Below, in pieces: positions 10,153 to 19,063 of a DNA stretch of 46,571 nt. The position numbers and the translations under genes were made by a program. Source of the DNA: Bacteroidota bacterium (GTDB taxonomy: Bacteria; Bacteroidota; Bacteroidia; Chitinophagales; Chitinophagaceae); assembly GCA_947461595.1 (NCBI GenBank), contig CANHLZ010000001.1, positions 1-46,571 on the forward strand, written 5' to 3'. Numbering within the stretch: the first letter of the stretch is position 1; each line of letters starts with the position of its first letter. The notes beneath the pieces are model-generated. The model was not told the DNA's origin. It did not search any database and was given only the letters and a program-made list of their open reading frames with translations.

Positions 10153-10154
10153 TC

Positions 10155-11303
10155 ATGCTACTGCACCAAAAAAAAATAAAAGTAGGAATTGATATCCGAG
10201 ATTTAAAAATTTCAAAAACGGGCGCACATACTTATTTATATGAAGTGTGTAGCCATTTAGATCAAAATTCGGCTATATTTGACTATGTTTTTTTGGACAC
10301 CCTGCTTCCTATTTATACAGGGTCTAATAAATTACTAAAACTAGGCGAACAGCTTTCTTTTTTTATTTGGAAACAAATTACTTTACCCATTAAGGCCACC
10401 ATAAAAAAATGCGATCTTGTTTTTTGTTCTGATTATTTTGTTCCCTACTGCCCATTTAAATTTAAAACCATTGTAGTTTTTTATGACGCCTTTGTTTGGG
10501 AATACCCCGCACATTATAATAAATATTGGCTATGGGTTTTTCATACAATTGGAATAAATGCTGCCAAACGTTCCAAATACATTATTACCTTAACCCATTA
10601 TGCAAAAAAACAAATTGTAAGTCACTCAGGAATAGATCCAGGAAAAATTGTATCTATTTATTTAGGACCAAAAACAAAAACCATTTTTAATTCCAAGGAT
10701 GAATTAAACGATGAAGTAAATAAATATAATTGGCTTTTTAATAGCCAGTATTTATTGCATGTAGGCACTTTGGAAAAAAGAAAAAATATAGAAGCCCTCA
10801 TCAATGCATTTGAATTATTAATAGCCAATGGCGACAACACCACTTATTTAGTTTTTGTGGGACAACCCAGCAATAAAGAAACCTTAAATGAGGATTCCGT
10901 TTTTTATAAAATTAACAACAGCAAGCTGCTTAGTGAACGCATTATTTTTACAGGTTTTTTAGCGGACGAAAGTGTTTCTATTTTTTATAAACATGCTACA
11001 CTTTATGTTTTCCCTTCCATCAATGAGGGTTTTGGCATTCCGGTTTTAGAGGCATTTGCGCATCAGCTGCCGGTGATTATTGCCAATAATTCTTGCTTAC
11101 CCGAAGTAGCGGGCGAAGCGGCCATTTCATTTGACCCCTATGATGTGCCAAAATTAGCTGAATTAATTAAAAAACTCTTGGACCAGCCCCATTTAAGAAA
11201 AGAGCTTATTGAAAAGGGTTTACAACGGCTGGAGCAGTTTTCCTGGGATAAAACAGTGCTTGAATTAGAGCAAGTTTTTCAAAAGGCTTTCAATAATAAG
11301 TAA
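10155..11303 (+). CDS. GT4 glycosyltransferase (MtfB/WbaZ-like)
   Basis: HVGTLEKRKN, FPSINEGFGIPVLEAF (EX7E), LPEVAG, FSWDK. Confidence 0.9.
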   Translation: MLLHQKKIKVGIDIRDLKISKTGAHTYLYEVCSHLDQNSAIFDYVFLDTLLPIYTGSNKLLKLGEQLSFFIWKQITLPIKATIKKCDLVFCSDYFVPYCPFKFKTIVVFYDAFVWEYPAHYNKYWLWVFHTIGINAAKRSKYIITLTHYAKKQIVSHSGIDPGKIVSIYLGPKTKTIFNSKDELNDEVNKYNWLFNSQYLLHVGTLEKRKNIEALINAFELLIANGDNTTYLVFVGQPSNKETLNEDSVFYKINNSKLLSERIIFTGFLADESVSIFYKHATLYVFPSINEGFGIPVLEAFAHQLPVIIANNSCLPEVAGEAAISFDPYDVPKLAELIKKLLDQPHLRKELIEKGLQRLEQFSWDKTVLELEQVFQKAFNNK

Positions 11304-11317
11304 ACTAAATTTATAGT

Positions 11318-12022
11318 TTGCTATATTTATATTTTAAAACAAGTACTATTAGCGCATTAGATCATATACAATCAAGATTCAAGGGCCATTGGACTGGAAA
11401 AGATAAGCTTATTACCCTGGCTAGACTTGCTGGTTTTTTTGTACGCGGCTTATTGCATCGTCCATTTTTGGGCAGGGCCAAGGGATTGGTTTTAATAGGA
11501 AAAAACGTTTCCATCCGATATGCTGGTTATTTAATTGCCGGTAAGGATTTAATTATCGAAGACAATGTGGAATTAAATTGCCTTAGTAATAGAGGCCTTC
11601 ATTTAGGTGATCGTGTGACCATTGGCAAACATGCCATTATAAGGCCCTCCAATATTTATGGGGGTGATATTGGAGAGGGTTTGAAAATTGGCAATAATTC
11701 AAATATCGGACCCTTTGCCTATATAGGCTGCTCTGGTTTTATTGAAATTGGAGACAACGTAATGATTTCACCGCGCGTAAGTATTTTTGCCGAAAATCAT
11801 GATTTTGATAACCCCAATATCATCATGAAAGAACAAGGGGTTACGAAGAAATTTGTAAAAATTGAGGATGATTGCTGGATAGCAGCCAATAGCATAATTC
11901 TAGCAGGTGTAACTATAGGGAAAGGATCGGTGATTGCTGCTGGTTCGGTAGTTACAAAAGATGTTCCTCCTTATAGCGTTGTTGCTGGAGTGCCAGCAGA
12001 AATTATCAAGTCTAGAATTTAA
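11318..12022 (+). CDS. Hexapeptide-repeat (left-handed beta-helix) O-acyltransferase; start codon uncertain
   Basis: IEDDCWIAANSIILAGVTIGKGSVIAAGSVVTKDVPPYSVVAGVPA. Confidence 0.9.
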   Translation: MLYLYFKTSTISALDHIQSRFKGHWTGKDKLITLARLAGFFVRGLLHRPFLGRAKGLVLIGKNVSIRYAGYLIAGKDLIIEDNVELNCLSNRGLHLGDRVTIGKHAIIRPSNIYGGDIGEGLKIGNNSNIGPFAYIGCSGFIEIGDNVMISPRVSIFAENHDFDNPNIIMKEQGVTKKFVKIEDDCWIAANSIILAGVTIGKGSVIAAGSVVTKDVPPYSVVAGVPAEIIKSRI

Positions 12023-12041
12023 AGTAATTTAAAGTACAATT

Positions 12042-12746
12042 TTACAGACCGGCCTGTAATGGCCACTCTGCTCTCGCTTTTGCTAAATTAGCATGCGTTC
12101 CTATATCAATTAAATAATCCTCATTTTCCCAACCACTCATGTGATTGATTAATTGGGGCAATAAATCAAAACCAATATCTGCTGGAATTTTATTTTTTGG
12201 AATAAGTTCAATGATAGATGGATGCGCTATATAAATGCCCGCATTGGCTAAAGGAGATTTAGGATGGGTGGGCTTTTCCACAAAATCTATAATGGTTTTT
12301 TTACTATCTAAAACAGCAATGCCGCAAGCAGTAGGGTTATTGGAATTAAATAAAGCCATACTAAATAAATGTGCTTGTCCCTGGTGGAAACTGTACAAAT
12401 CTTCCAACTTCATAGAACTTAAATTATCCGAATAGATGATAAAGAAATGATCTTCCTCCTTAACAAAATCATAATTAGCCCTTAAAGTGCCTGCACTTCC
12501 TAATAACACTTCTTCCATAAAGTAGTTTACTTTAATGGCGGTATTAATTTTGGTGACATAGTCTTTCACCTGCTTGGGTAAATGATGCAGATTAATGAGT
12601 ACCTCTGTTACGCCCGCTTGCTCCATCGCATCAAACCACCAATGAATAAGCGGCTTTCCCCCTATTTCAACAAGACACTTAGGAGTGGTTTTGGTGATAG
12701 GCAATAATCTAGTGCCAAGCCCAGCTGTTAATAAAAATGCTTTCAT
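12042..12746 (-). CDS. hddC: Nucleotidyltransferase, probable D-glycero-alpha-D-manno-heptose-1-phosphate guanylyltransferase
   Basis: LLTAGLGTRL..PK motif, FVEKP, DIGT. Operon context with the GHMP kinase and GmhA. Confidence 0.75.
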   Translation of the reverse strand: MKAFLLTAGLGTRLLPITKTTPKCLVEIGGKPLIHWWFDAMEQAGVTEVLINLHHLPKQVKDYVTKINTAIKVNYFMEEVLLGSAGTLRANYDFVKEEDHFFIIYSDNLSSMKLEDLYSFHQGQAHLFSMALFNSNNPTACGIAVLDSKKTIIDFVEKPTHPKSPLANAGIYIAHPSIIELIPKNKIPADIGFDLLPQLINHMSGWENEDYLIDIGTHANLAKARAEWPLQAGL

Positions 12747-12749
12747 TAA

Positions 12750-13724
12750 TTACTTAATGTTTAATAAAATTCGAGAGCCTGCCGGGTCAAATTGATACCT
12801 TAACTCTTTATATGGATGCATGGCGGCCCTAAATGATTCTCTATGGGCAGCTGGCACATAACTCATTAAAAAGCCACCACCCCCTGCACCTGCAATTTTA
12901 CAACCTGTGGCGCCATTGGATAAAGCAATGTCTACCATTTCATTAATTTGATCATTACTTACTTTGCTGGCGAGCGTCTTTTTTAAATCCCAATTAATAG
13001 CCAACAAATTGCCTAATAGATCAAAATCTTTTGCATCAAAGGCGGTATCCAATTGATTCACTAAATTAGATATAGTTTGTAATTCCGTTACCCTTTTTTC
13101 AATATTGATTAATTGTTCCTGCAATACAGTTTCTGCCTTTCGCATCATTTTAGTATTGTGCAATATCAATGAATGACTCAATTTATTTTTTTCTTCTTCA
13201 GATAAATTAATTTCGGTAAGTGTTACAGTTTCATCTGCATTAAATTCAATTTTTTTAATGCCGCCATACGCTGCAATGTATTGATCTTGTTTACCAATGG
13301 GTTTTTTTAATTTTTCTATTTCAATAATACATGCCTCTTTGGCAATGGTCTCACTGCTTACTTGTTTTCCTTGAAAATGATACAAAGCATTTAATAACCC
13401 AACCGTTAATACGGAGGAAGAACCTAGCCCAGAACCTTTGGCTGTTATATCTGCCAAGGTAATAATTTCAATGCCTTTTTCTATTCCTGCATGTAGTAAA
13501 GCCTCTCTAATAATTTCATGTTTGATATCGGCCACCCGCTCAACAATTTCATTTTCGGTATAATGCAATACGATTAAATCATCCACTCTTTTTTTTACAA
13601 TAACATATATATACTTATCAATAGAAGCAGAAATTACCTGCCCTTTATTGGTTTTATAAAAACTGGCGAAGTCGGTGCCTCCTCCAACAAAACTTATGCG
13701 CAAAGGGGTTTGTGACATGACCAT
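12750..13724 (-). CDS. hddA: GHMP kinase, D-glycero-alpha-D-manno-heptose-7-phosphate kinase
   Basis: PLRISFVGGGTD, GSGLGSSS, IGKQDQY, KIAGAGGGGF. Confidence 0.88.
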   Translation of the reverse strand: MVMSQTPLRISFVGGGTDFASFYKTNKGQVISASIDKYIYVIVKKRVDDLIVLHYTENEIVERVADIKHEIIREALLHAGIEKGIEIITLADITAKGSGLGSSSVLTVGLLNALYHFQGKQVSSETIAKEACIIEIEKLKKPIGKQDQYIAAYGGIKKIEFNADETVTLTEINLSEEEKNKLSHSLILHNTKMMRKAETVLQEQLINIEKRVTELQTISNLVNQLDTAFDAKDFDLLGNLLAINWDLKKTLASKVSNDQINEMVDIALSNGATGCKIAGAGGGGFLMSYVPAAHRESFRAAMHPYKELRYQFDPAGSRILLNIK

Positions 13725-13742
13725 AAATAAAAAATTTAATTT

Positions 13743-14708
13743 TTAATAAATTGGATTGGATCGCCATTGATAGGCCGATTCAATTATAGCAGTTAAAGAA
13801 TAGGCGGGTTGCCAATGGATTAATTGATTCGCTCTTTCATTGGAAGCAATGAGCGAAGAGGGATCCCCTGGTCTTTTTTCTGCCAGGCTATAATTAATTT
13901 TTTGGCCAATCAATTGTTCCGTAGCATGAATTATTTCCATGACCGAAAAGCCTTTACTCGTGCCTAAATTAAGGATTTGATTCCAGTTTTCAATGGGCGC
14001 TTCCATCGCTAATAAATGGGCATTGGCAATGTCTGCAACATGAATATAATCTCGAACACCTGTTCCATCTTTGGTATCAAAATTATTTCCATATACAAAT
14101 AACTGCTTCCTTGCTCCAATGGCGCTGTCTATGGCCAAAGGAATAAGATGCGACTCGCTGGGCCTGGATTCGCCATGTGTAGCTGTGGCACCCGCTGCAC
14201 AGAAATACCTAAAAATAAAATACTGTAAACCAAATGAAGTAGCACAGTCTTGAATAATTTGCTCATCAAATAATTTAGACCAGCCATATGGATTAACAGG
14301 AACCAAGGGATGTATTTCGGTGATGGGGGAAAATTGAGGATTACCATATACCGCGGCGGTGGATGAAAATATTATTTTTTTTACCTGGTATTGTTCCATT
14401 TTTTTTAGCAGTGTAATAGTTCCCGAAACATTGTTCTGGTAATAATTTAATGGATGAATAACAGAGTCTGGCACATTGGCAGAGGCTGCTAAATGGATTA
14501 CAAGTTCAATAGGATGTGTTGAAAATATTTTATCTAAAACGATTTCATTCCCGTAATCAGATTGAAAAAAAATAGCATTGGTGCTTATTGCTTCGGCTTT
14601 GCCATCACGCAAATCATCTATAATAATTAATTGATGCCCTAATTGCTGTAATTTTTCACTTACTACACTACCAATATAGCCGGCGCCTCCTGTGATGAGT
14701 ATTTTCAT
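13743..14708 (-). CDS. galE: UDP-glucose 4-epimerase-like SDR (GalE family)
   Basis: TGGAGYIGS, FSSTAAVYG, YGWSK (YxxxK), DGTGVRDYIHV. Confidence 0.85.
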   Translation of the reverse strand: MKILITGGAGYIGSVVSEKLQQLGHQLIIIDDLRDGKAEAISTNAIFFQSDYGNEIVLDKIFSTHPIELVIHLAASANVPDSVIHPLNYYQNNVSGTITLLKKMEQYQVKKIIFSSTAAVYGNPQFSPITEIHPLVPVNPYGWSKLFDEQIIQDCATSFGLQYFIFRYFCAAGATATHGESRPSESHLIPLAIDSAIGARKQLFVYGNNFDTKDGTGVRDYIHVADIANAHLLAMEAPIENWNQILNLGTSKGFSVMEIIHATEQLIGQKINYSLAEKRPGDPSSLIASNERANQLIHWQPAYSLTAIIESAYQWRSNPIY

Positions 14709-14714
14709 AAGAAA

Positions 14715-15296
14715 TTATAAACCGCCAAAAGCTTCCTTTGTTAGCCTTTCACGTAATTCAAGGACTATTAAATGGAATAAGACAGAATGAATACTTTCTA
14801 CCGTGCACATTTCATTGAGTGGAACATGCACACTAAAATCGGAAGCTTTTTTTAAAGCGCCTCCATCAAATCCGGTTACCCCAATTACAAAAATATTTTT
14901 TTGTTTTGCGGCAGCTACTGCTTCCATAATATTTTTGCTATTGCCTGAGCCGCTAATACAAACCAAATAGTCGCCCTCTTTTGCAAAAGCATTAAGTTGT
15001 GCACTAAATATTTTTTCATACCCATCGTCATTGGCTATGGCCGAAATATGCGCAATATTATCTGTTAAACTTAGGGCTTTGATAGTTTTAGGGACTGGCT
15101 TATTAAAGAAAATGCCCTTGGTGATATCCTGCGCAAAATGAGAGGCATTGGCAGCACTCCCCCCATTTCCAATGACAAAAATGGTTTTTTCTGCCTCATA
15201 AGCTGCCGTTAAATGGTCTGCAAACCTTGTGAGTACTATTGGATCTAAATTCCCAATACAATCTTGAACTCCTTGTAAATATTTTGATATATCCAT
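14715..15296 (-). CDS. gmhA: Phosphoheptose isomerase (SIS domain)
   Basis: GNGGSAANASH, IANDDGYE..F, ISGSGNS, TGFDGG, ESIH. Confidence 0.88.
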   Translation of the reverse strand: MDISKYLQGVQDCIGNLDPIVLTRFADHLTAAYEAEKTIFVIGNGGSAANASHFAQDITKGIFFNKPVPKTIKALSLTDNIAHISAIANDDGYEKIFSAQLNAFAKEGDYLVCISGSGNSKNIMEAVAAAKQKNIFVIGVTGFDGGALKKASDFSVHVPLNEMCTVESIHSVLFHLIVLELRERLTKEAFGGL

Positions 15297-15304
15297 ATTG
15301 GAAG

Positions 15305-15312
15305 CAAAATTA
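15305..15312 (-). promoter_or_regulatory. Bacteroidota -7 box (TAATTTTG) 8 nt upstream of the gmhA ATG (near-leaderless transcript)
   Basis: Minus strand reads TAATTTTG-CTTCCAAT-ATG. Confidence 0.55.
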
Positions 15313-15403
15313 AGATATATTAAGTTTAAAAGAACTTTAAAATACCATGATTTCTATGAAAATGGATTTATTTTGCAGATATAATTAATACCTTTCCCGA
15401 TAT

Positions 15404-16543
15404 ATGCATATCCTGTTTTTACATAGCTCATCGGACTTATATGGTGCCAGTAAAATATTGCTAGCCGTAACCAAGCTTTGCAAAGAAAAAAACCATAAAA
15501 TTTCCGTTGTACTTTCAGAAAAAGGGGAGCTCGCAGAAAAATTAATGGAACTTGATTGCGCGGTATTGATTATTGACCTTTCTATATTAAGAAGACAATA
15601 TTTTAACATAAGTGGAATGGTCAATAGGGCTACCCGTTTATGGAAAGCCTACAATAGCCTTAAACATATCTGCCAATCAGAAAAAGTAGACCTTATTTAT
15701 TCCAATACCACGGGGGTGATTGTGGGTGTTTTGGTTGCATCAAAATTAAATATCCCACACATTTGGCATGTTCATGAAATTATTGAAAAACCAATATTGT
15801 TGTTTAGGCTCCTGAGTGTTTTGTTAAATAAAAAAATAAATAAGTCTGTGGTGGTGTCTGAAGCGGTAAAAAATCATTGGGCCAAATTTGTCAACAAATC
15901 AAAAATGACCGTTTTGTACAATGGGGTAGACTATTGGTTATTTGAAGATAAAAAAACCACTTTCCGATTGGAACACCATATACCAGCAGAGGCCCTAGTG
16001 ATTGGAATGATGGGAAGGGTGCACTTTTGGAAAGGGCAGGATTATTTTTTAAGAATTGCAGGGCAATTGAATAAACAATTTTCAAACCTAGTTTTTGTAA
16101 TGGTGGGAGACGCTTTTGCTGGCTATGAATATTTATACGACAATTTAAATAAAATTATTGTCGAAGAAAATTTAGAAGGAAAAGTAAAACAAGTAAATTA
16201 CCGTAGTGATATACAAAATATTTACAACGCATTAACTATTTTTATACTTCCTTCGCAATTGCCCGATCCAGCACCAGCAGTAGTTACAGAGGCGATGGCT
16301 GCTGGCTTACCAGTAGTAGTGACCAAGCAAGGGGGTGCCATTGAAATGATAGAAGAAGGCAAATCGGGAATGACCATTCCATTAAATGATGCAGCCGCTG
16401 CGGCCACTAAAATAGCATGGTTAATACAAGATAAAGCAAATCGAGAAAAGATGGGTGCGGCTGCAAAAGCAAGGGTGAAGCAATATTTTTCTAGAGAAAA
16501 TTTTAATGTGCAAATAATTAATTTCATTGAACAAAAAAGATAA
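15404..16543 (+). CDS. GT4 glycosyltransferase
   Basis: LYGASK, HIWHVHE, GRVHFWKGQ, LPSQLPDPAPAVVTEAMAAG. Confidence 0.9.
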   Translation: MHILFLHSSSDLYGASKILLAVTKLCKEKNHKISVVLSEKGELAEKLMELDCAVLIIDLSILRRQYFNISGMVNRATRLWKAYNSLKHICQSEKVDLIYSNTTGVIVGVLVASKLNIPHIWHVHEIIEKPILLFRLLSVLLNKKINKSVVVSEAVKNHWAKFVNKSKMTVLYNGVDYWLFEDKKTTFRLEHHIPAEALVIGMMGRVHFWKGQDYFLRIAGQLNKQFSNLVFVMVGDAFAGYEYLYDNLNKIIVEENLEGKVKQVNYRSDIQNIYNALTIFILPSQLPDPAPAVVTEAMAAGLPVVVTKQGGAIEMIEEGKSGMTIPLNDAAAAATKIAWLIQDKANREKMGAAAKARVKQYFSRENFNVQIINFIEQKR

Positions 16544-17672
16544 TAATACTATTACCGTTTCCATAATTGGTTCCCGAGGTTATCCAATTGTTTACAGTGG
16601 CTATGAAACTTTTGTTAAAGAAGTGGCAGAGCGTTTGGTAGCAAGTGGCATTCATGTGCGCGTGTATTGTCATAAAAATTTATTTATAGACAGGCCTAAA
16701 ATGATTAATGGCATCCAGCTGGTGTATATTCCAACCATAGAAACAAAAATCTTAAGCCAGTTTGTGCATTCATTATTTTCAATGACTCATGCTTGTTGGA
16801 GCAATTCAAATATTATTTTAGCCGTCAATGCGGCGAATGGCCCCTGGGGTTTAATTGCCAAAATATTCAGAAAAAAAACCGCTATCAATGTGGATGGCAT
16901 GGAATGGTTAAGGCCTAAATGGAAGGGCCTAGGGGCGCATTATTTTAAAATGGCCGCCTGGATGGCTACTCGATTGTATGACTGCATCATTACAGATGCC
17001 GATGCCATGAGGCAGGTTTATTTACAAGAATTTAATACAGATTCAACAGTTATCGCCTATGGTGCTAATATAAAATATACTGAAAATCAATCACTTATAA
17101 CTAATTTAGGCATCATTTCGCAGGATTATTACCTAATCGTAGGCAGGCTGATACCCGATAACAATGCCGACCTTATATTAGCGGGCTATTTGGCCTCCAA
17201 TTCTGGAAAAAAATTGGTTATAGTAGGTGATGTCCCCTACCAGGACCATTATGCTCAAAACATGAAGTCAAAAGCGAGTAAAAATGTGGTGTTTTTAGGC
17301 TATGTGACAGATCAAGAAGTGCTAGCCGAATTATACCATCATTGTTATGCTTATTTACATGGCCACGAATTTGGCGGAACCAACCCCACCATGCTTAAAG
17401 CCATGGCCTATGGCTGTGCTATTATTGCCCTAAATACAGTTTTTAACCAAGAAATGTTACAAGCCGGTAAATTTGGCCAATTTTTTGAAAAAACTCCTGC
17501 TTCTCTTGCCTTATCTTTGCAGCAAGCGGAGCAGCCCCTTAACTGCATGGCAAAACTTAGATCCAATGCAAGAAATGGGCTCACCGATAAATACAATTGG
17601 GACAAAGTGTCAAATGCGTATTGTAAAGTGTTCAAAGAATTATTAATTAATGGCAAACCCAAAATCACATAA
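16527..17672 (+). CDS. GT4 glycosyltransferase (DUF1972-type)
   Basis: GSRGYP..YSGYETF, NVDGMEWLRPKW, HGHEFGGTNP. Confidence 0.88.
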   Translation: MNKKDNNTITVSIIGSRGYPIVYSGYETFVKEVAERLVASGIHVRVYCHKNLFIDRPKMINGIQLVYIPTIETKILSQFVHSLFSMTHACWSNSNIILAVNAANGPWGLIAKIFRKKTAINVDGMEWLRPKWKGLGAHYFKMAAWMATRLYDCIITDADAMRQVYLQEFNTDSTVIAYGANIKYTENQSLITNLGIISQDYYLIVGRLIPDNNADLILAGYLASNSGKKLVIVGDVPYQDHYAQNMKSKASKNVVFLGYVTDQEVLAELYHHCYAYLHGHEFGGTNPTMLKAMAYGCAIIALNTVFNQEMLQAGKFGQFFEKTPASLALSLQQAEQPLNCMAKLRSNARNGLTDKYNWDKVSNAYCKVFKELLINGKPKIT

Positions 17673-19056
17673 GTACTTATTACTAAGATATATTTTTGAC
17701 GCACCCATTGTTTTTGGTTCTTATTTATTAGCCCTCTACTTTTCGGGAATTTTAGCCATAACTGAAAATAATTTTAACAATTACCTATTTTCATTTGTCA
17801 TTATTGCGGTTTGGTATACGGCTGCCTCTTTTTCTAGATTATATGCAGATAGGCGTTCCAATAAATTTTCTGAAGAAATTATCTTTATTATTTATAGCCT
17901 TATTTTATTTTCCATTTTACTAAGTTCTATTGCATTTTTTTTAAGGTTCTTTATAAAATTTACGGGCGAATTTTTCTTTTTTCTCATTTTGACTCTTTTT
18001 ATTTTACAAACCATTGAAAAATATATTATTCGAAAATTACTGCATGCAGCCATATTTCAAGGGGCCTTATATGATAACATTTTAATTATTGGAGCTACTA
18101 GCACTGCTTTGGATTTTATTGATACCATTCATAGATATTATTATTACGGGTACAAGTGTATTGGTTTTTTAGATGACGAGAAAAAAGAACTCAATGAAAC
18201 GGAATACTTGGGTAAAATTGAAAATTTACCTAATATTTTACAACAAGGAACAGTGGATGAAGTAATGATTGCCTTGAATAATTTTAACAGCGAACAAATT
18301 CAAAATTGTATTGAGATTTGTGATTACTACCGTATTAAAGCAAGAATTGTTCCAAATGTGCAACAATTTGCAGGGGCCAGTGGACAAGTAAATAATATTG
18401 GCTTACTCCCTGTTATTAATATTAGGTCATTGCCATTGGACAAGGAGGAGAATAAAATACTAAAGCGAATTTTTGATATTGTATTTGCATCGCTATTTTT
18501 TATCCTCTTAGGATGGTGGCTACTTCCTTTAATTAGTTTGGCCATAAAAATTTCTTCCAAAGGGCCCGTTATTTTTAAACAAGAAAGATGGGGTTTAAAT
18601 AATAAAAAAATTATTTGCTACAAATTTCGAACCATGGTAGCTGATGAGCATGATCTTGATAGCAATGGAAACTATCAACAAGCTACCCGTAACGACCCTA
18701 GAGTTACTAAATTGGGTTCCTTAATGCGCAGTACCAATATGGATGAACTACCACAATTTTGGAATGTTTTAATTGGTAATATGAGTGTTGTAGGCCCAAG
18801 GCCCCACCCCACTCCTTTGAATATCGAATCCATGCATACCATAGAAAATTATATGTTACGCCATATTGTTACGCCAGGCATTACAGGCTGGGCGCAAGTA
18901 AACGGGGCACGTGGAGAAACCAAGGAAACAGGGTCTATGCAAAAAAGAATCAATTTTGATTTGTATTATATTCATCGTTGGACTTTTTGGCTGGACAGCC
19001 AAATTATTTTACAAACTATTATTAATATTTTTAGGAGAGATCAAAATGCCTACTAA
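17650..19056 (+). CDS. wcaJ: Undecaprenyl-phosphate glucose phosphotransferase (initiating transferase)
   Basis: N-terminal TMs, [45 protein letters not shown]. Confidence 0.92.
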   Translation: MANPKSHKYLLLRYIFDAPIVFGSYLLALYFSGILAITENNFNNYLFSFVIIAVWYTAASFSRLYADRRSNKFSEEIIFIIYSLILFSILLSSIAFFLRFFIKFTGEFFFFLILTLFILQTIEKYIIRKLLHAAIFQGALYDNILIIGATSTALDFIDTIHRYYYYGYKCIGFLDDEKKELNETEYLGKIENLPNILQQGTVDEVMIALNNFNSEQIQNCIEICDYYRIKARIVPNVQQFAGASGQVNNIGLLPVINIRSLPLDKEENKILKRIFDIVFASLFFILLGWWLLPLISLAIKISSKGPVIFKQERWGLNNKKIICYKFRTMVADEHDLDSNGNYQQATRNDPRVTKLGSLMRSTNMDELPQFWNVLIGNMSVVGPRPHPTPLNIESMHTIENYMLRHIVTPGITGWAQVNGARGETKETGSMQKRINFDLYYIHRWTFWLDSQIILQTIINIFRRDQNAY

Positions 19057-19063
19057 AATTTAT

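Noticed and set aside
10168-10176. A9 tract at the 5' end of a GT4 gene as a phase-variation site
   Set aside because: The frame is intact, and A/T runs of 7-9 are frequent throughout this AT-rich window.
8001-15403. Invertible promoters or segments explaining the strand switches
   Set aside because: No matching inverted repeats at the junctions and no recombinase in the window.
18911-19063. N-terminal extension of the 588-aa ORF
   Set aside because: It overlaps the wcaJ C-terminus. The signal peptide begins at ATG 19064.
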